Positions 46,022-64,000 of a stretch of 64,000 bases of DNA are shown here, one piece after another. The stretch lies in NCBI RefSeq assembly GCF_009914755.1, contig NC_060925.1. One strand, given 5' to 3'. A model generated the notes under the pieces. The model made no database searches. It had not been told where the DNA came from and was given only the letters and a program-made list of their open reading frames with translations. Numbering within the stretch: position 1 is the first letter of the stretch; each line of letters starts with the position of its first letter. Made by a program: the position numbers and the translations under genes. Source of the stretch: the human T2T-CHM13v2.0 reference genome, Homo sapiens.

Positions 46022-46260
46022 CTTACAGCCTGGATGTCTGTCACCAAATCCCTTTGAGCAGTGACTTGAGCCACCTGGTGGCAGAGGTACGAGGTCTGAG
46101 AGGGCAGCTGGAGAACAGCATTCAGGGGAACAATTGTCTGTGACTGCAGCTGCAACAGCAGCTGGATAGCCTGCTGGCAAAGCCAGCCTCAGCCCCTCCT
46201 CTGTTAACCAGAACTTCCCAGCCAGCGCTGACCCTGGAAACAAGCAGCTGCTCCTCCAAG
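46022..46260 (+). pseudogene. PDE4DIP: PDE4DIP-derived exon with a premature stop and a frameshift
   Basis: AYSLDVCHQIPLSS...GNNCL then TGA at 46141-46143 (Arg in the recalled parent); 1-nt loss before GKASLS. Confidence 0.9.
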
Positions 46261-48247
46261 GTAGGAAGGAAAAGGGACTTAGAAAGCCCTTGGCCAGTGG
46301 GGAGATCACCAGGATGTCTGCCTGGTCCATGCTCCTTATGGTCAGGTTGAAATCAGAGATGCTCTAGTCTAGCAGCCTGAGTGAAAGCGTGGGATTTAGG
46401 TCAGACTGGGCTCCAGATTCTGAGTTTACCGCTTAGAGGTCGTTTGATTTGGGCAAGGTGTTTAAAGTCTCAGAGGTTTAAGCCTTAGTTTCCTCATATT
46501 TAAGATGAGGATAATAATAATATATACCTTATATGATTTTGACCATTAAATGAGATCATTTACAAGTGCTTGGCACACTAAGAATTGCTCAATAATTAGT
46601 AGCTGTATATGTTCATATCTTTTTCTTGGATTTGCTTGGTGCTTTAGTTTTAGCCAAGTGTTTTCACATATATAATTTCACCTGAAGTAAAGCAGGTTTT
46701 GCTATCTCTGTATTTCACATAAGAAAACTTAGGTCCTGAGATATTAACAGACAAGCGGGGGTTTAGAGAAGTTATAGACAAAGCCAGGATCAGAACCAGA
46801 TGTTGTGATTTTCAGTCTGTGTTCCTTCCAGCTCATTGTGCCCTCTCTCAGTATTGCTGACCTTCCCAGATTCTCTAGTCCCCCTTTCCCTCACAGGTGG
46901 GGAACTCAGTGTGTGGTAAAATGTTCCTGCACCCAAGGAAACAGGGCTCTGGGGAAGTCCTGGATGGTGGGTGATTTATTTCGGGTGGCCATCATTCGCT
47001 TTCTCTACCCCACCCCTTGCCTGCCTTTTCAGATAGGCGTGTTTGACCAGGTCCCCCTTCTCTTCTCAATATCCCCCATCAATCTCACTTCTCCCAGTTT
47101 TCATTGAAATGTCAATGGTGTCCCCCTAGTCTCTTAAATCATTCAATTTCTACTTCCTCTGTCCTTTTCTCCTTTTGATACACCGTTTAGTACACCATCT
47201 CCACTCACCTCCATGGCCATACCTTCAATTTTATTCAAATCAGGAACCACTTCTGTTCAGTTTCTCTAAAGCTGAGCTTTCAAACTCTCCTGCCAGCTAT
47301 TTCTGGGTCATGTTAATCTTTATTTTTCTCTGGTTCTTGTAGATGCTCATTTATCTGACAGTAACCTTATTTGTCAAATGAAGGTGACAATAACATGATT
47401 ATGCTGTTTTCAGCTTACATTAGGTGGATGCCTTGCCCTTCTCTGGGCTGCCCTGATGGTTGTGGTGTTCAGTGATGTCTCCAACTCTTCCTTCTTTCTA
47501 ACCAGGCCTTCCTCTCTCTCTGGCTTCCCACACAGCAGCCAAGACTCAGCCCCACTGGTGCAGTCCCTGCCCATCTTTCTCTAGCACCCCTGAGGCCTGA
47601 GCTGGAAAGCAGGCACTGGGCCACACTTGCCTGAGTAGGACCTTTTCTACCTTCTTTGTGATATTTTCCAATTCCTCCACCATAGGGTTGCTTTTTAGTC
47701 TCCAGCAAGATGTTAACCCACCAAGCCCTCTCTCTCCGTTCTTCTCATACAAGTCAATTTCTTTCAGTATTACCTCATCAGAATGATGACTAGAATGTTG
47801 AGTTTAGTCCCCCATGAATCCATTCATTCCTTGATTCTTTGATTCTAGATTTTAATATGTACTATGTATATTTATACATATTACATTTAGTTACGGGGCA
47901 TCGTATTAGATACCACACACAAATTATACTCAAGACTTGGTTTATAAAAATACACCTAATAATTTTTCAAACTAGAAGTTACATTCTCCTGGAACACCCC
48001 TCCATTAAAGGAATATCTTTTTGTTCTGAAGAATGGAAACATTCTGAACTCAGTGACTCATGGGCTTTTGCTTTTGCTTGTGGGGTATGGATAATTCTGT
48101 AAGAGGAGAGTCCTGCCACCTTAGGTCTCAGTGGGGACGGCTAGGTGTGCATGTGCTTCATGTGCAGTGTGTTCCAGGGCTCCTGAAAACTGTGGTTGCC
48201 TTTACCCCCTAGATTCAGCTGTGTCCCCTCCAGTCCGGGATGTTGGT

Positions 48248-51200
48248 ATGAATTCCCCAGCTCTGGTCCTCCCCAGCTCTGCTTCCTCTACTCCTGGCTC
48301 AGAAACGGCCATAATCAACAGAACACATGGTAAATATGGCAACTAAAGGGCCCAGGGACTGATGTTGGAAAGTGATTAATGCAAACAACCTTTTGTTGTC
48401 TCTAAACATATTATCTGTATTTAGAGAGTTTTCTCTGCATGCCCCAAGGCCTTTAGCCCTACTCCCTGCACCTTCTGTGGCTGCCTTTCTTGCCATTGTT
48501 CATCCTCCTGTAGTTTTCCTACTGCTGTTTTTGCTTCATTGTGCCATAATCTCTCTATTCTTGAAAATGCTCTCTGTATCCAGCTTGACTTCCTTGTCTG
48601 TGTCTTCTCTACCCAGAAACTTATTATTTATGATTCATCCTATTTCATTTGCCAATAAGGAAAAAATTGTCTCCTGGCAAATTTATCATTAAGAGATAAT
48701 GTAAGAAAGGTTATAAAAATATAGAAGCCAGAAGATCTCTGTGGACTTTGCCCCACCCTTGTACATTCCCAGGCTTCCTTTCTTGTTCCCAGCCTCGTCC
48801 TTTTCTTGTTCCCTGCCTCTTTTTTAGTTGGAGCAAACTGAGGATATCATTATGAATAACAGAAGATTCTGTTGTGTTGTCATTTTCTTTTTCAGGCTTG
48901 GGTTTGGATACTTCTCCAGTAATGAAGGCCCCTCCCAAGCTGGAGGGTGATGCTACTGATGGCTCCTTTGCCAATAAGCATGGCCGCCATGTCATTGGCC
49001 ACATTGATGACTACAGTGCCCTAAGACAGCAGATTGCGGAGGGCAAGCTGCTGGTCAAAAAGATAGTGTCTCTTGTGAGATCAGCGTGCAGCTTCCCTGG
49101 CCTTGAAGCCCAAGGCACAGGGGTAATCACACCTGAAGCTTTAGGTGCACTCTTTCCTTGTGCCCTTTCTTCCTTTGATGTTAACTCCTTCTCCCACCAT
49201 TTTTGTTTTTTTCATGCTTTGCATCTCTCAACAGCTGAGGCTTCCTCTTCCATGCATAGCAGCCAGGCCCTTTCTTCTCTATCTCCTATTTTCACTGTGA
49301 GTTCTGCTCTTTTCCAGATGTAGCTGACTGGATATTTCCCCTCAGCCCCACAGAAACACGTGGCATTGCCTAGCAGCCTTTGGTAGCTTATTATCTACCA
49401 CAGTCATGCAGGCACATGACCATATGTGGGCAGAGTCAACTCAATGGGATGGACAGAAACTGAAGGATTTGCAGGTGTATGGCCCCCACATATGGAAGGG
49501 GTGAGAAGCCTGGCAGCCAAGGCATTTCCTTGTGCAGACTGCATAGGGGAGGGAAGGCAGTCAGCAAAGCTTCTGAGAGCACCTTGCCAGTGAGAGAGAC
49601 CAGGAACCTGTGGCTATGCTGTCTGAACTGCTGGAGACCCATGGATGCATAGGGACAGCCCTGCCTCCATGGAGCCCCCACACTGGAATGCAAGACACAC
49701 ACCCAAGTAGATAGGCACAGTATGGGGCTACAGGCACAGTATGAGAAATCATCCTCTGTGCTGTGAGAGCACCAATGCAAATGTGGTCATTTATCTCAGG
49801 CAAGGAAGGTAACAGATTCATAGAGGACATAGCAAGGGGGGTGAGTTTTGAAAGCCTTGTGGGTTCTGCAGGTGGAGGAAGGCATTCCTGGTAAAAGGAG
49901 CAGCACCTTAGTTCTGAGAGCTGCAAATGGTTGTGCGAGGGCTTCACAGGTTCAAGCAGGCCCATGTTCTGCGCCTCACTCACAAAGGAAGCTTGAGCCC
50001 ACGCAGGGGGAAGAAAGTAATCTCTCCGCTCCTGTGGTGTTACCTTTCCCCAGGTGCTAGGCAGCAAAGGCATTCATGAGCTTCGGAGCAGCACCAGTGC
50101 CCTGCACCATGCCCTAGAGGAGTCGGCTTCCCTCCTCACCATGTTCTGGAGAGTGGCCCTGCCAAGCACCCACATCCCTGTGCTGCCTGGCAAAGTGGTA
50201 AGATGCCAGTGTCCTTTCTTGGTTCAAACCCAGTTCTCCTGCCCTCCAATACTGTTCTGTCTCCTCAGTGTCACAGCTTTTCCAGAAAATCAGGAGCCAC
50301 ATAGTGAATTGGGATAGACAGGAACTTAGAGGAGTGTCCCTGGAGGGACATCTCTGACCCTTGGTGGCTGCTTTCATTGCAGCTCTAAATACATCCCATT
50401 CCCCACCAGCCCCCTGACCCCTGGATAAGAAATCAAAGAAGAAGAGGAAGGAGTGTGGAGAAGGCGGAGACATCATAACCCTGGCAATCCATAAATGTTC
50501 AGTTTCTTTACCTCTCTGAAGTTTGGATGAGCTGAAATTCAGTTAAAGCTTTAGCACCCATCTCCCACCCCACAGGTCCCGTGGTCAAATGATCACAGAA
50601 TGCCCCATGAGACTGAGCCTTTTTAGCCACTGCCTGGAATCCCAACATACAACTTAAGCTGGCATCGCTGGACCAGGCCTGGGGAAAGTCAGCCTCCCCT
50701 CAGGATCTGCTCAGAGCTCAGGCTAACTCTGATTGGCAGACCCTCATGTAGGCAGGTTTCAGGATCCCCTCCCCAGGGATTCTACTTCCAGGTCAATGGC
50801 ACCAATACCTTTTGGATCCAACTATGCTAATTCCAGGGAGAGGGTGTTGTGCCATCTTCATGTTGGCACAAATATTTACAAACTTGCAAACTTTCCTGAG
50901 TCCAGATCTCTCTCCCCAGCATAACATTTCTGAACTCTCAATCTTACCTGTGAAGGGAGAGTGACAGAACTGATATCAGGACTAAAGCAAGGTCCTCTTC
51001 AGAGTTGGGAGTTTGATACCAGCCTGAGGCGAGGTTCTCTTAAGCTACAGGTGTGTAGGCCTGTGCTAGTCTGCATGGGGAATTCCAGAGTCTCATTATT
51101 CCTGCCTAATGGCCTCATCCTAAACTGTCCTCAGCTGGAGGTATTCGAGGCTGTGAAGGAGGAAATCCAGTTCAGGAGGGTTGAGAAGATTGTAGAATCC

Positions 51201-53478
51201 TTCTTTGAACTGGAAAGAGCCACAAAGCACAGGGTGCTTTAGGCCTTCTGCCTGGTCAGTAAGAGTCTGTTCCTCTTATCCAGGGAGAATCAACAGAAAG
51301 GGAACTTCTGGAACTGAGAACCAAAGTATCCAAACAGGAGCGGCTACTTCAGAGCACAGCTGAGCATCTGAAGAACGCCAACCAGCAGAAGGAGAGCATG
51401 GAGCAGTTCATCGTCAGCCAGCGTAGGTTCCCTGAGAGGGAATGGGGGAAGAAACAGGCAGTCTTCCCGATGCCCCACTTGTGCTTCAGATGAGAAGTGA
51501 TCAGGGGGGCTTGGGGATGTTGGGAGTTGAGACTGATTTGATGTCCCCAAACCTCCTGTACCAGGAGCAATTGTGGCTGCAGAGGGAGGGGAGGACAGGG
51601 GGTGGATAGAAGGAGACTCCAAGCTGAATAGCCAGAAAGAAATAAATGCTTTAGAATTCTCACGCTAAGCAAGTAGGGTTAATTTCTGCTGGTGATTTCT
51701 ACTCTGTGGTGCTCTTTTGTTGTTTCAGTAACCAGAACACATGATGTTTTAAAGAAGGCGAGGACTAACTTAGAGGTAAGGAAACTACTGCACCAGTCAG
51801 AGGCACCAAGCCTGTCCCCCACCCATCACCATCCGTTAGCAGATATTGTAGGCGACCCTTGGCCTGCTTTGGCCTTCCAGGAGAAGATTTCCAGTCCACT
51901 TGCAAGATCACAGGTCCTCAGTGAGCTTCCTGATAGTTTCTGTTCCCATCACCCTCCCACCCCATCAGCTCCTGCCCCTGTATCTTGGTTCACTCTCACA
52001 TTGTGATCATCTCTCCTTTTTACTCCAATTTTTCTTCTTTGATGCCAAGTTCGGAGACTGGAGAAATGCAATTCAGCTCACCCTTGAAGTTGTTAGACAT
52101 TCAGGAGTCTGCCTCTGAATGAGCTTTTGGTAGAGGGATCTTGAGGCCAGTTATGTGTTCTACTGTTCATGAAAAAGTAAAAGCAATTTGCAACCTAATA
52201 AACTGATTTCACTGCATACCCCTGGGTTAAGAACAGCAATTTGATTTTGATGTATCTTTAAGTAACATGACAAAAGAGATCTGTTGTGTCTCATTGGTCT
52301 AAAAGAGAATTTGTTAATAAATAACAACTGAACCTTAGGGGGTGGGGGCGGAATGTTACATATGTACCAGACATTATCGACATAAAACACTAAGTGTTAA
52401 TCATTCCCTAGGAAGTGCTTTGAAGAAAAACTTGAGGTATATGAAATGGTTTAAAAATCAGAAACTAAACCTTTTAACGTGGACTTCAAAGCTTTGCCAT
52501 AAGCAATTCAGCATATTCCTAGAAATGTTTCTAAACCATAACCTGAGAGAATGTTGATCTCCATAGTGTAAAAATGACTTGGGCCAGTTTAACTTGCTCT
52601 TTTTTTTTTATTTTTTCACTAATTCCCTTTTATTTTTCTCTGATAATTCTTCTCTTTCCTGAGCCTCTTTAGAGCAGCACTTACAGGATTGCCTGTGTAA
52701 AGCCTTATTCCTGTCCCAGAAAAGGTAACCGAAAAAGTCTCTAGTATCCTCTAAAAGGTAACCCAAAAGTCTCTATTATCCACTGGCTTTCTCCAGTGTG
52801 GAAGCTTTCCCCTCCACCTCCCATAGATCACTGGGAAGGACCTGAGGCCTCGGTTCTAATCCCAGGCTTATCATTAACTGCTGTGTGGCTTTGGCTTGTC
52901 CCTTAGTCTCTGTCAGACTGCTGCACCCTCATCTGTCAAAGATGGAACTGGACTTAGTTGAGCTCTGAGGTCCCTGTGGACTTGGCCCCTCCACACCCTC
53001 ATTATGGCAACTGGACATAAACTTAACAGAGGACTTCCCAGCAAAATGTCCTCTTCTTCCTACAACAGGCTGTTTCTGTATGTGCATGTTTCACGCTAAG
53101 CACTTCTTTCTTGAGTGGAGATGACAAAGGCCTCTTTCTGCTGAGACAGTGATTTGGAGAGTCACCTGGCCCCTGAAGAGGGAGTGGTAGGATCCAGCCA
53201 CCCAGTGTGCAGTGAATTGGAGCAGGGATCTCAGCACACAGGGAGGTGGGGAGGCTCCCCCTAACCTCGGGCACCTGTTGCTCCTCCAGACTGCAGCACA
53301 TGCTCAGCTCATCCTCTTAACTGGCTCTCACTGTGCTCCTGGCTTTGGTCACCACGTAGCTCTCACTCCAGTTTCAGGTAGCCATCAGTAGGGCCTGGCA
53401 GTATAGGGCACTGATTTGATTTATTTTTGTCTGCAGGTGAAATCCCTAAGGGCTCTGCTGTGTACTCCAGCCTTGTGA
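48248..53478 (+). CDS. Hypothetical spliced 226-aa ORF: myomegalin C-terminal (CM2-containing) fragment
   Basis: ATG at 48248 plus six exons (82+227+144+139+47+42 = 681 nt) with no stop or frameshift, ending VKSLRALLCTPAL*. Translation is unproven. Confidence 0.3.
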
Positions 53479-53562
53479 CCCTTGCTTTCCAGGAACCATG
53501 CAAGAAGCGCAGCCACCAGAAGTCCTTATATAGGTATACATAGTCCTTTGGTAACAAGTCCT

Positions 53563-55603
<2,041 letters not shown>

Positions 55604-55937
55604 TCATAGTTATAAAATTGATTTCATTTTCAAGGATATGGTATAATACCTACTTTATAAGCTTTTTGGAGAAATAAGTAAAATTATATATGTAAAGCAC
55701 TGGTCACATAGTGGGCTCAATAAAGTTATTATTTTTATAGAAAGAGAGTTGAATTAAGTTTGACAGGCAATGGAGAACTATTGAAGGATTTCAAAAAGAA
55801 GAAAGGCAAATCAAACTGGGTCATTAAAATCACCTGCCAGTAATATAAAGAATTGATCGAGGGATGGAACCTATCTGGGACACTACTACAATAGTCTGGA
55901 AAAGAGTTAATGAGGGGTAATTGAGGGGGAGAACTTA

Positions 55938-56516
<579 letters not shown>

Positions 56517-57989
56517 CTAAACATGTAATATTAGAGTCATTTTCATTTAGATGGTAATTGAAGCCTTGGCTGCAGATAAGATTTTTAAAGGAAGGGAATA
56601 GTTGGGGAAAAGACAAGAGGTTGAAGAATGGAAACTCTAGAGGAAAACAACATGCTGTAGATAACTCATTGAAAAGAAGTAGGGGGACCAGAAAAAGAAG
56701 GATTTGAACGTTTGGAACGTTTCTCCAAAGAGAAAAGAAAAGCTGGCCAACAGTGCAGAGTATAATTGATCCCGCAGGCACACATTTGTGAGCATAAACA
56801 CAAATTGGTAGGAACAGAAACCTCTTTCTTTACACACCTGAGTTGCCCTTGAATCTCTCTTGGCATTTGACTGCCATCTTTTTGCTGCTTTCACTTCTTT
56901 CCTTTCTCAGCAATTTCAGAGCCTTTTCATTTTGACCTGCATTTCTGCGGTTGCTTTAGTAGCTTTGAGTTGTTCTTTTTTTTTTTCCCCTCTCTTGCCT
57001 GTGAACTTGTGGGAAAATGCACAGCACAGGCGATCTGAGGAAGCCCCTTAGGGTAATCCAGCACTGATGCTTGAGAATGTCAGAGAAAGAAATGAAACTG
57101 AGCCCACCTGGGCAAATCATTGAGGTAGGCACCTGGGTGTTCCCCTTTTAGGGCAATCCAACACTAATAATAATGATACCATATGGTTTAGGATCCGAAT
57201 ACAGACAGCCTGATTCACCTTGAAGTTTCTTGGAAAAGGTGCTGCCACCTCTCACATAGAACTTTCCCACTTCTCAGCTTTTGGTACTATCCTGATGTTT
57301 CTCTTTTCATGTTGTTTTATGCAGTAATTATTTCTTTCCATACCATACCATTCAGGGTCCTTGAATGAGCTCATGTCCACTAAAACCAGCTTAAATTTTG
57401 AGAAAGTTCCTGCATAACTTATGTTGAATGCATTATATACTTGCAGACAGTGGTAGTCTTGTATTTGTCGTAATCACATTTTCATGTGATAATGTATTAT
57501 ACATCAATAGCCTGTTGGCAGTGCATTTAGTTCTAGTGTGGGAAACTTGTAGGAACAGATCAGGTATGGTTTTTATTTTCCTGCTGATGAGGATTGTGAT
57601 GTCTACATTCAGTACACCCTGAATGCCTGACTGTTAATGTGTCGGTTTTAAGTGTAAAAGCAGAATTGGCTTTACCAAGGACAAAGAGAACACTTATCTG
57701 CTTAGTGGGTTTTTTTGTTTTTTGGTTTTTTGTTTCTGTTTTTATAATGATTTTAATAACTTTTAAAGTGCACTTATTAACTAAATAGAATTAATACTTG
57801 TAAATGAGAACAATTAAAATATGCCAGGGTCCTAAAGATTATAATTTACTGAGTCTGGGTCAAAACTTGGGCATCTTATTTTTAAGAAGCTTCCCTAATT
57901 CTCTAATGTACTTTAAAGTTTAATGATTACTGTTTGTTTGAAATTAGTTAGAAAACTTAGTATAAGTAGGGAACTTATTGCTATTACTA

Positions 57990-60115
<2,126 letters not shown>

Positions 60116-60349
60116 GAGAAATGCTTTAAAAGATGGGCAGATTTCTCTGAAAATTTGCAGAAGAATGGAGAACTTTCAGAAAACTGAAAAAGAGCCAATA
60201 TCATATCTATATATTTTTGAAGGAATAGAAGAGATCCAGGCAACTGTGGGCTATGTGTTTAATTTCCATTGCTGAAACATATATACAACACTGGGGATAG
60301 TCTCATAACGTTGGTTTGGTAAGTGAGCAACTGTTCTCCAATCATACTT

Positions 60350-60510
60350 AGGCAGAGCAAAGGGAAATGGGCTGAAACTAGAACGTGCGGGATTTAGGTT
60401 AGAATGTAAGAGTTTTATGACTGGGAGGAATATTGGAACAACTTCCTAAGAAGCATTGTGCAACTTCTTTCTCTAGAGATCTTTAAAAATACGATAGATT
60501 TTCATGTCTG
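60350..60510 (+). mobile_element. L3/CR1 3' relic
   Basis: gatttaggttaga...ctctagagatctttaaaaat motif. Confidence 0.55.
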
Positions 60511-63099
60511 GTTTAAATCTGGTGCTGCCCAAAGGTGAAAGAAAGCCAAAGTGTTTTATTTTATGCCCCACATATATTTTGAAGAATTTTAACATCAATT
60601 TTCTCATTTCAAATGTTGTAAACCAAGGATTTGAAGTATGTAATGGTATCACTAATTTTTAAAATATCCTTTCACCTTAAGTGAATTTTGCTTTACAAAG
60701 CAGTGTATATTTGTTTGCCTTAAGACTTTCATCTCATTTCCACGGGAAAAAAAAAAGAATTGCTAAGCACATCCACTCCCACGCCACCTCCTTTTCTTTT
60801 TCTTTGGTACACTGTGTTTTTGGTCACATGTATACACAACAAAGTTCAAATAAGTAGTCACAGGAATCTTTACTGGGAGGCTTTGGCAAATCAAATATAT
60901 GCTATATAATATATAATAATTATACGTGGAGAAAAGAGGCAGAGGGCCCAGAAGCTCTTGGCAGCTGTGCTGTCTGGTTAGAAAAGGAAGCAAGTTACAG
61001 AGTTTGGACATTCAGTTCTGAGATGTTATTCCTGAGTCAACAGGATTTTAATTATGTATGTGGCCTAGAAGAGACATTTATGCAAGAGGAACATATTGTT
61101 GTTGAACATGTTTGTGATTTTACTCATGATTCAGAATTGGAAAGAAGCTGAAAGTAATTTCTGAAGGTACATAACTGAATTGAAGGAACATAGAATAATG
61201 ATACCTCTCCTAGTGGCAGAAAAATAACTAATATCTTGGCTTCTCATTTCAGCTTCCTCACTCAACACACTCTCTTTTCTTTTATAGTTATATTTTTCAA
61301 AAAAGTATGTGTGTGTATATATATATATACATTTTTTTTCACACAACACTCAGACATTTCAAATCACACTATTTAGGCAGAAATAAGGGATGTGTTAAAT
61401 ATTACTTCATCTTTAAACATCTTTTTCTCCTATCCTCATGTTGAGGTCACTTCAAGTTAGAGTTCTTGTTTATAAGTTCATGGTGTCTTTGTGTATATTT
61501 TAGGGTAGTTTTTGCAAGAAGTTACAAATTTACTGCACTGACGTGAGACGCTACATGAGACATGGAAAGGCTATTCTGAATTGTGGCAGATAACTTCCGT
61601 CTTATGGATAGATTAGGGGAGATTACGGAGCCTGTAAAATGCAAAGAATTGAGCTTTTCTAAGAGTAAGTTTTTCTTCCTGTGACTCCTTTCATTGATTC
61701 ATTCACTGATTGATTGATTGACTGATTCATTCACTCATTCAATATTTACTAAGCACCTACAATGTGTCAGTTCTAGTATTAATGCCTCAGCAGACCTATC
61801 ATTGCCCACGTTTTGTTTTAACTTACCTTTGTTTAATTTACCTTCTCCACCGCCATCCAGATATGCAGCCATAATGACATTTTCTGCTTTTAATAGCTAA
61901 CAGTTATTGAACACTTACCAGACATTGTCCTAAGGGCTTTTTGCACATTGTCTTATTTAATTTTCACAGCAAGCAACCTTATGAGGTAGGTCTTATTAGC
62001 AAGCTCATTTAAATAGGAAGGAGCCAAGTAGGGCAGAATAGGTATCTTGCACTAGGTCACATATCTAATTAGTGAGCCCATGCTGTGGGACTCTAAGGCT
62101 TTGTTCTTGTACAGCCTCCCAGGATTATTTATTCTGTTTTTTTTTAAGCTTTTCTTTAGGTGCAAATTCTCAAGTTCACCTCTTTGCCTCATTAAATTAT
62201 CATTTTTACCTTCTGTTTTCATCTCTTTTACCTCCTTGAAAATCCATCTGTACTTGTATTTCTAAGAAAACAGTAAACTAATTGAAGCTCCAGTTACTTT
62301 AGATTTTACAATACTTTCTTGGCTGGCTGTGGTGGCTCATGCTTGTAATCACACTTTAGGAGGCCAGGGTGGGAGGATAGTTTGAGGCCACCCTGGACAA
62401 TATAGTGAGACCCCATCTCAATTGAAAAAAGAAAAGAAGAGAAAAAAAATACTTTCTTAATGCAATTTTGATTTTCTCTTAAAGCCTTTTAATATAACCA
62501 AATCAATGTAGCAATTTGTAAAGGTTAATGTAAAATAAATTATTTTAGTATATAAAGAGATTTTCCCTCTAATGTCTACACGCTGAAAATTAATACTTGG
62601 TGTCTTGAGTAACTTAAAAATATTTAAGACCCTATGAGGTTCTTTGGTGAAGGGACAAAAAGTGCAGAATGTACCTAAGTGAGTTTTCTCCAGTTTAGTA
62701 AAAGATTTTAAAACCAAGTCTTCAGCAAACCTAGAAATGACAACTATGATTTTATAAGTATGAGAACAAGAATCATGTTTCTTTAATGCTAGTTATACCT
62801 TCCAAAAAAACTTCCTTTTAAGTTGAGCCAGATCTGCCAAACCAGCGTATCATCTTGGAGCAATTAAAGGTTTCAGGGTTTCCCCTCTAGAATCTTATTT
62901 CCAGTTGACAGATTTTGAAGCTTCCCCAAGGATGCCCATTTGGTAGATGTCATACACTTTCTAATGAAGGGTTGCAAAAAGCAAGTGATCACTTTGTTAA
63001 AACCTGGGGGCTCATTTTGGCTTTGCTCTGTGAACCCCAGAGTTAGCATCTAAAGTGGCAGAAGACACTTAAAAGAGGGATTCTCCCCTTCATATGCTG

Positions 63100-64000
63100 C
63101 TCCACCATTTGCTAGATAGCTGTGTGGTCTTGGGCAAGTTACTTAAAATCCTAGTGCCTTCTATAAGATGGGAGTAACAACAGCATCCAACTCATAAGTT
63201 GTTGTGAAATAAGATAATCTAGGTAAAGCACATGGCAGAGTGCCTGGTCCATAATAAACATGCAATAAATGTTAGATTTTATTCATCGCAAACGTGGTGA
63301 AACTGAAGGTGACTTGTCTTGAACTCAATTCTTTTAGAAAACCTTCATAGAATTTGATACTCACATTGTAATTCATAGCTTTGTAATACTAGAGACTTCT
63401 AGGTTTTTTAGTTACTGAAAGCACAAAAGATTGTTTTTCTTTATAGGGATGTTAGAGGAAAAATTCACTTTATATTCTGAAATAATTTACATTAACCTTT
63501 ACAAATGTGTTATATTGATTTGGTCACATTATAAGGCACTTAGAGAGAATCAAGAGTGCAGATGGACAGGTCTTGACACATAGCCTCTGCAACCAGGAGA
63601 CAGGCAGAAAACAGACTATGGGGTCTCTAAGACAGCAGGTAGAATAAAAAGGCATGAACTCTGGATTGGGAGCTGGAGGTGCCTGGATCAACGGGAGGAA
63701 GTTGGTTTGGTGATTCCCAAATTGCATTCTCCAAAATTGTTAGCTGTGGTAATAGGCATGCCCTACAAATAATGATTACCTAGTCAAATAGGCTTGGAAA
63801 GTCCTGGTTTAAATATGGTTAACTGCCTTAATTTATTGTAGAACCACTCACTATTCAGTAGTAGTCTAAATTCCAGCCCTGCCTTTTTCTAGCTGTGTGT
63901 GACTTTAAGCAGATTGGTTAACTTCTTCAGCCTCTGTTTCCCCAGTTGAAAATGGGAATACTAATAGTACCTACATTGTTTTATTATGAGCCAAATGAGT
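63100..64000 (+). mobile_element. MIR relics (~63100-63280 and ~63850-64000)
   Basis: MIR core tagctgtgtg..cttgggcaagttactta... Confidence 0.7.

Larger units (their letters stand above)
40328..53527 (+). pseudogene. PDE4DIP: Unprocessed PDE4DIP (myomegalin) partial duplicate
   Basis: Eleven GT-AG exons match recalled myomegalin protein: 40328-40483, 41378-41491, 41931-42120, 42810-42934, 46022-46260, 48213-48329, 48896-49122, 50054-50197, 51284-51422, 51729-51775, 53437-53478. Lesions: no 5' end, internal deletion, TGA at 46141, 1-nt frameshift at ~46171. Confidence 0.95.

Noticed and set aside
57581-57632. TGATGA...CTGA box C/D-like arrangement
   Set aside because: Too short, with no terminal stem and no recognisable guide sequence.

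Overview
Primate (human or great-ape type) genomic DNA, rich in Alu, L1 and LTR repeats, with no intact full-length protein-coding gene. It is a segmental-duplication mosaic of the chromosome 1q21 type. (1) 1-6.3 kb: ERV1 relics. (2) 6.6-9.3 kb and 18.8-21.6 kb: two diverged copies of a tRNA/CpG-island cassette, with one intact tRNA-Asn(GTT), one decayed tRNA-Asn and one decayed tRNA-His. (3) ~24.35-38.79 kb, minus strand: the 3' part of RNF115 coding exon 1 and probably its intron 1, fused to the 5' half of an LTR12C that replaces the RNF115 start codon. (4) 40.3-53.5 kb, plus strand: an unprocessed PDE4DIP (myomegalin) duplicate with a very large internal deletion and a stop plus frameshift in one exon, but an intact spliced 226-codon C-terminal ORF. 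(5) 53.5-64 kb: repeat-rich DNA of unresolved origin. Three sites carry short copies of nearby sequence (38 bp, 185 bp inverted, and serial 8-14 bp copies), which points to template-switching repair. Gene and repeat identities come from recalled sequences, not database searches. Repeat subfamilies and boundaries are approximate, and nothing here shows expression.
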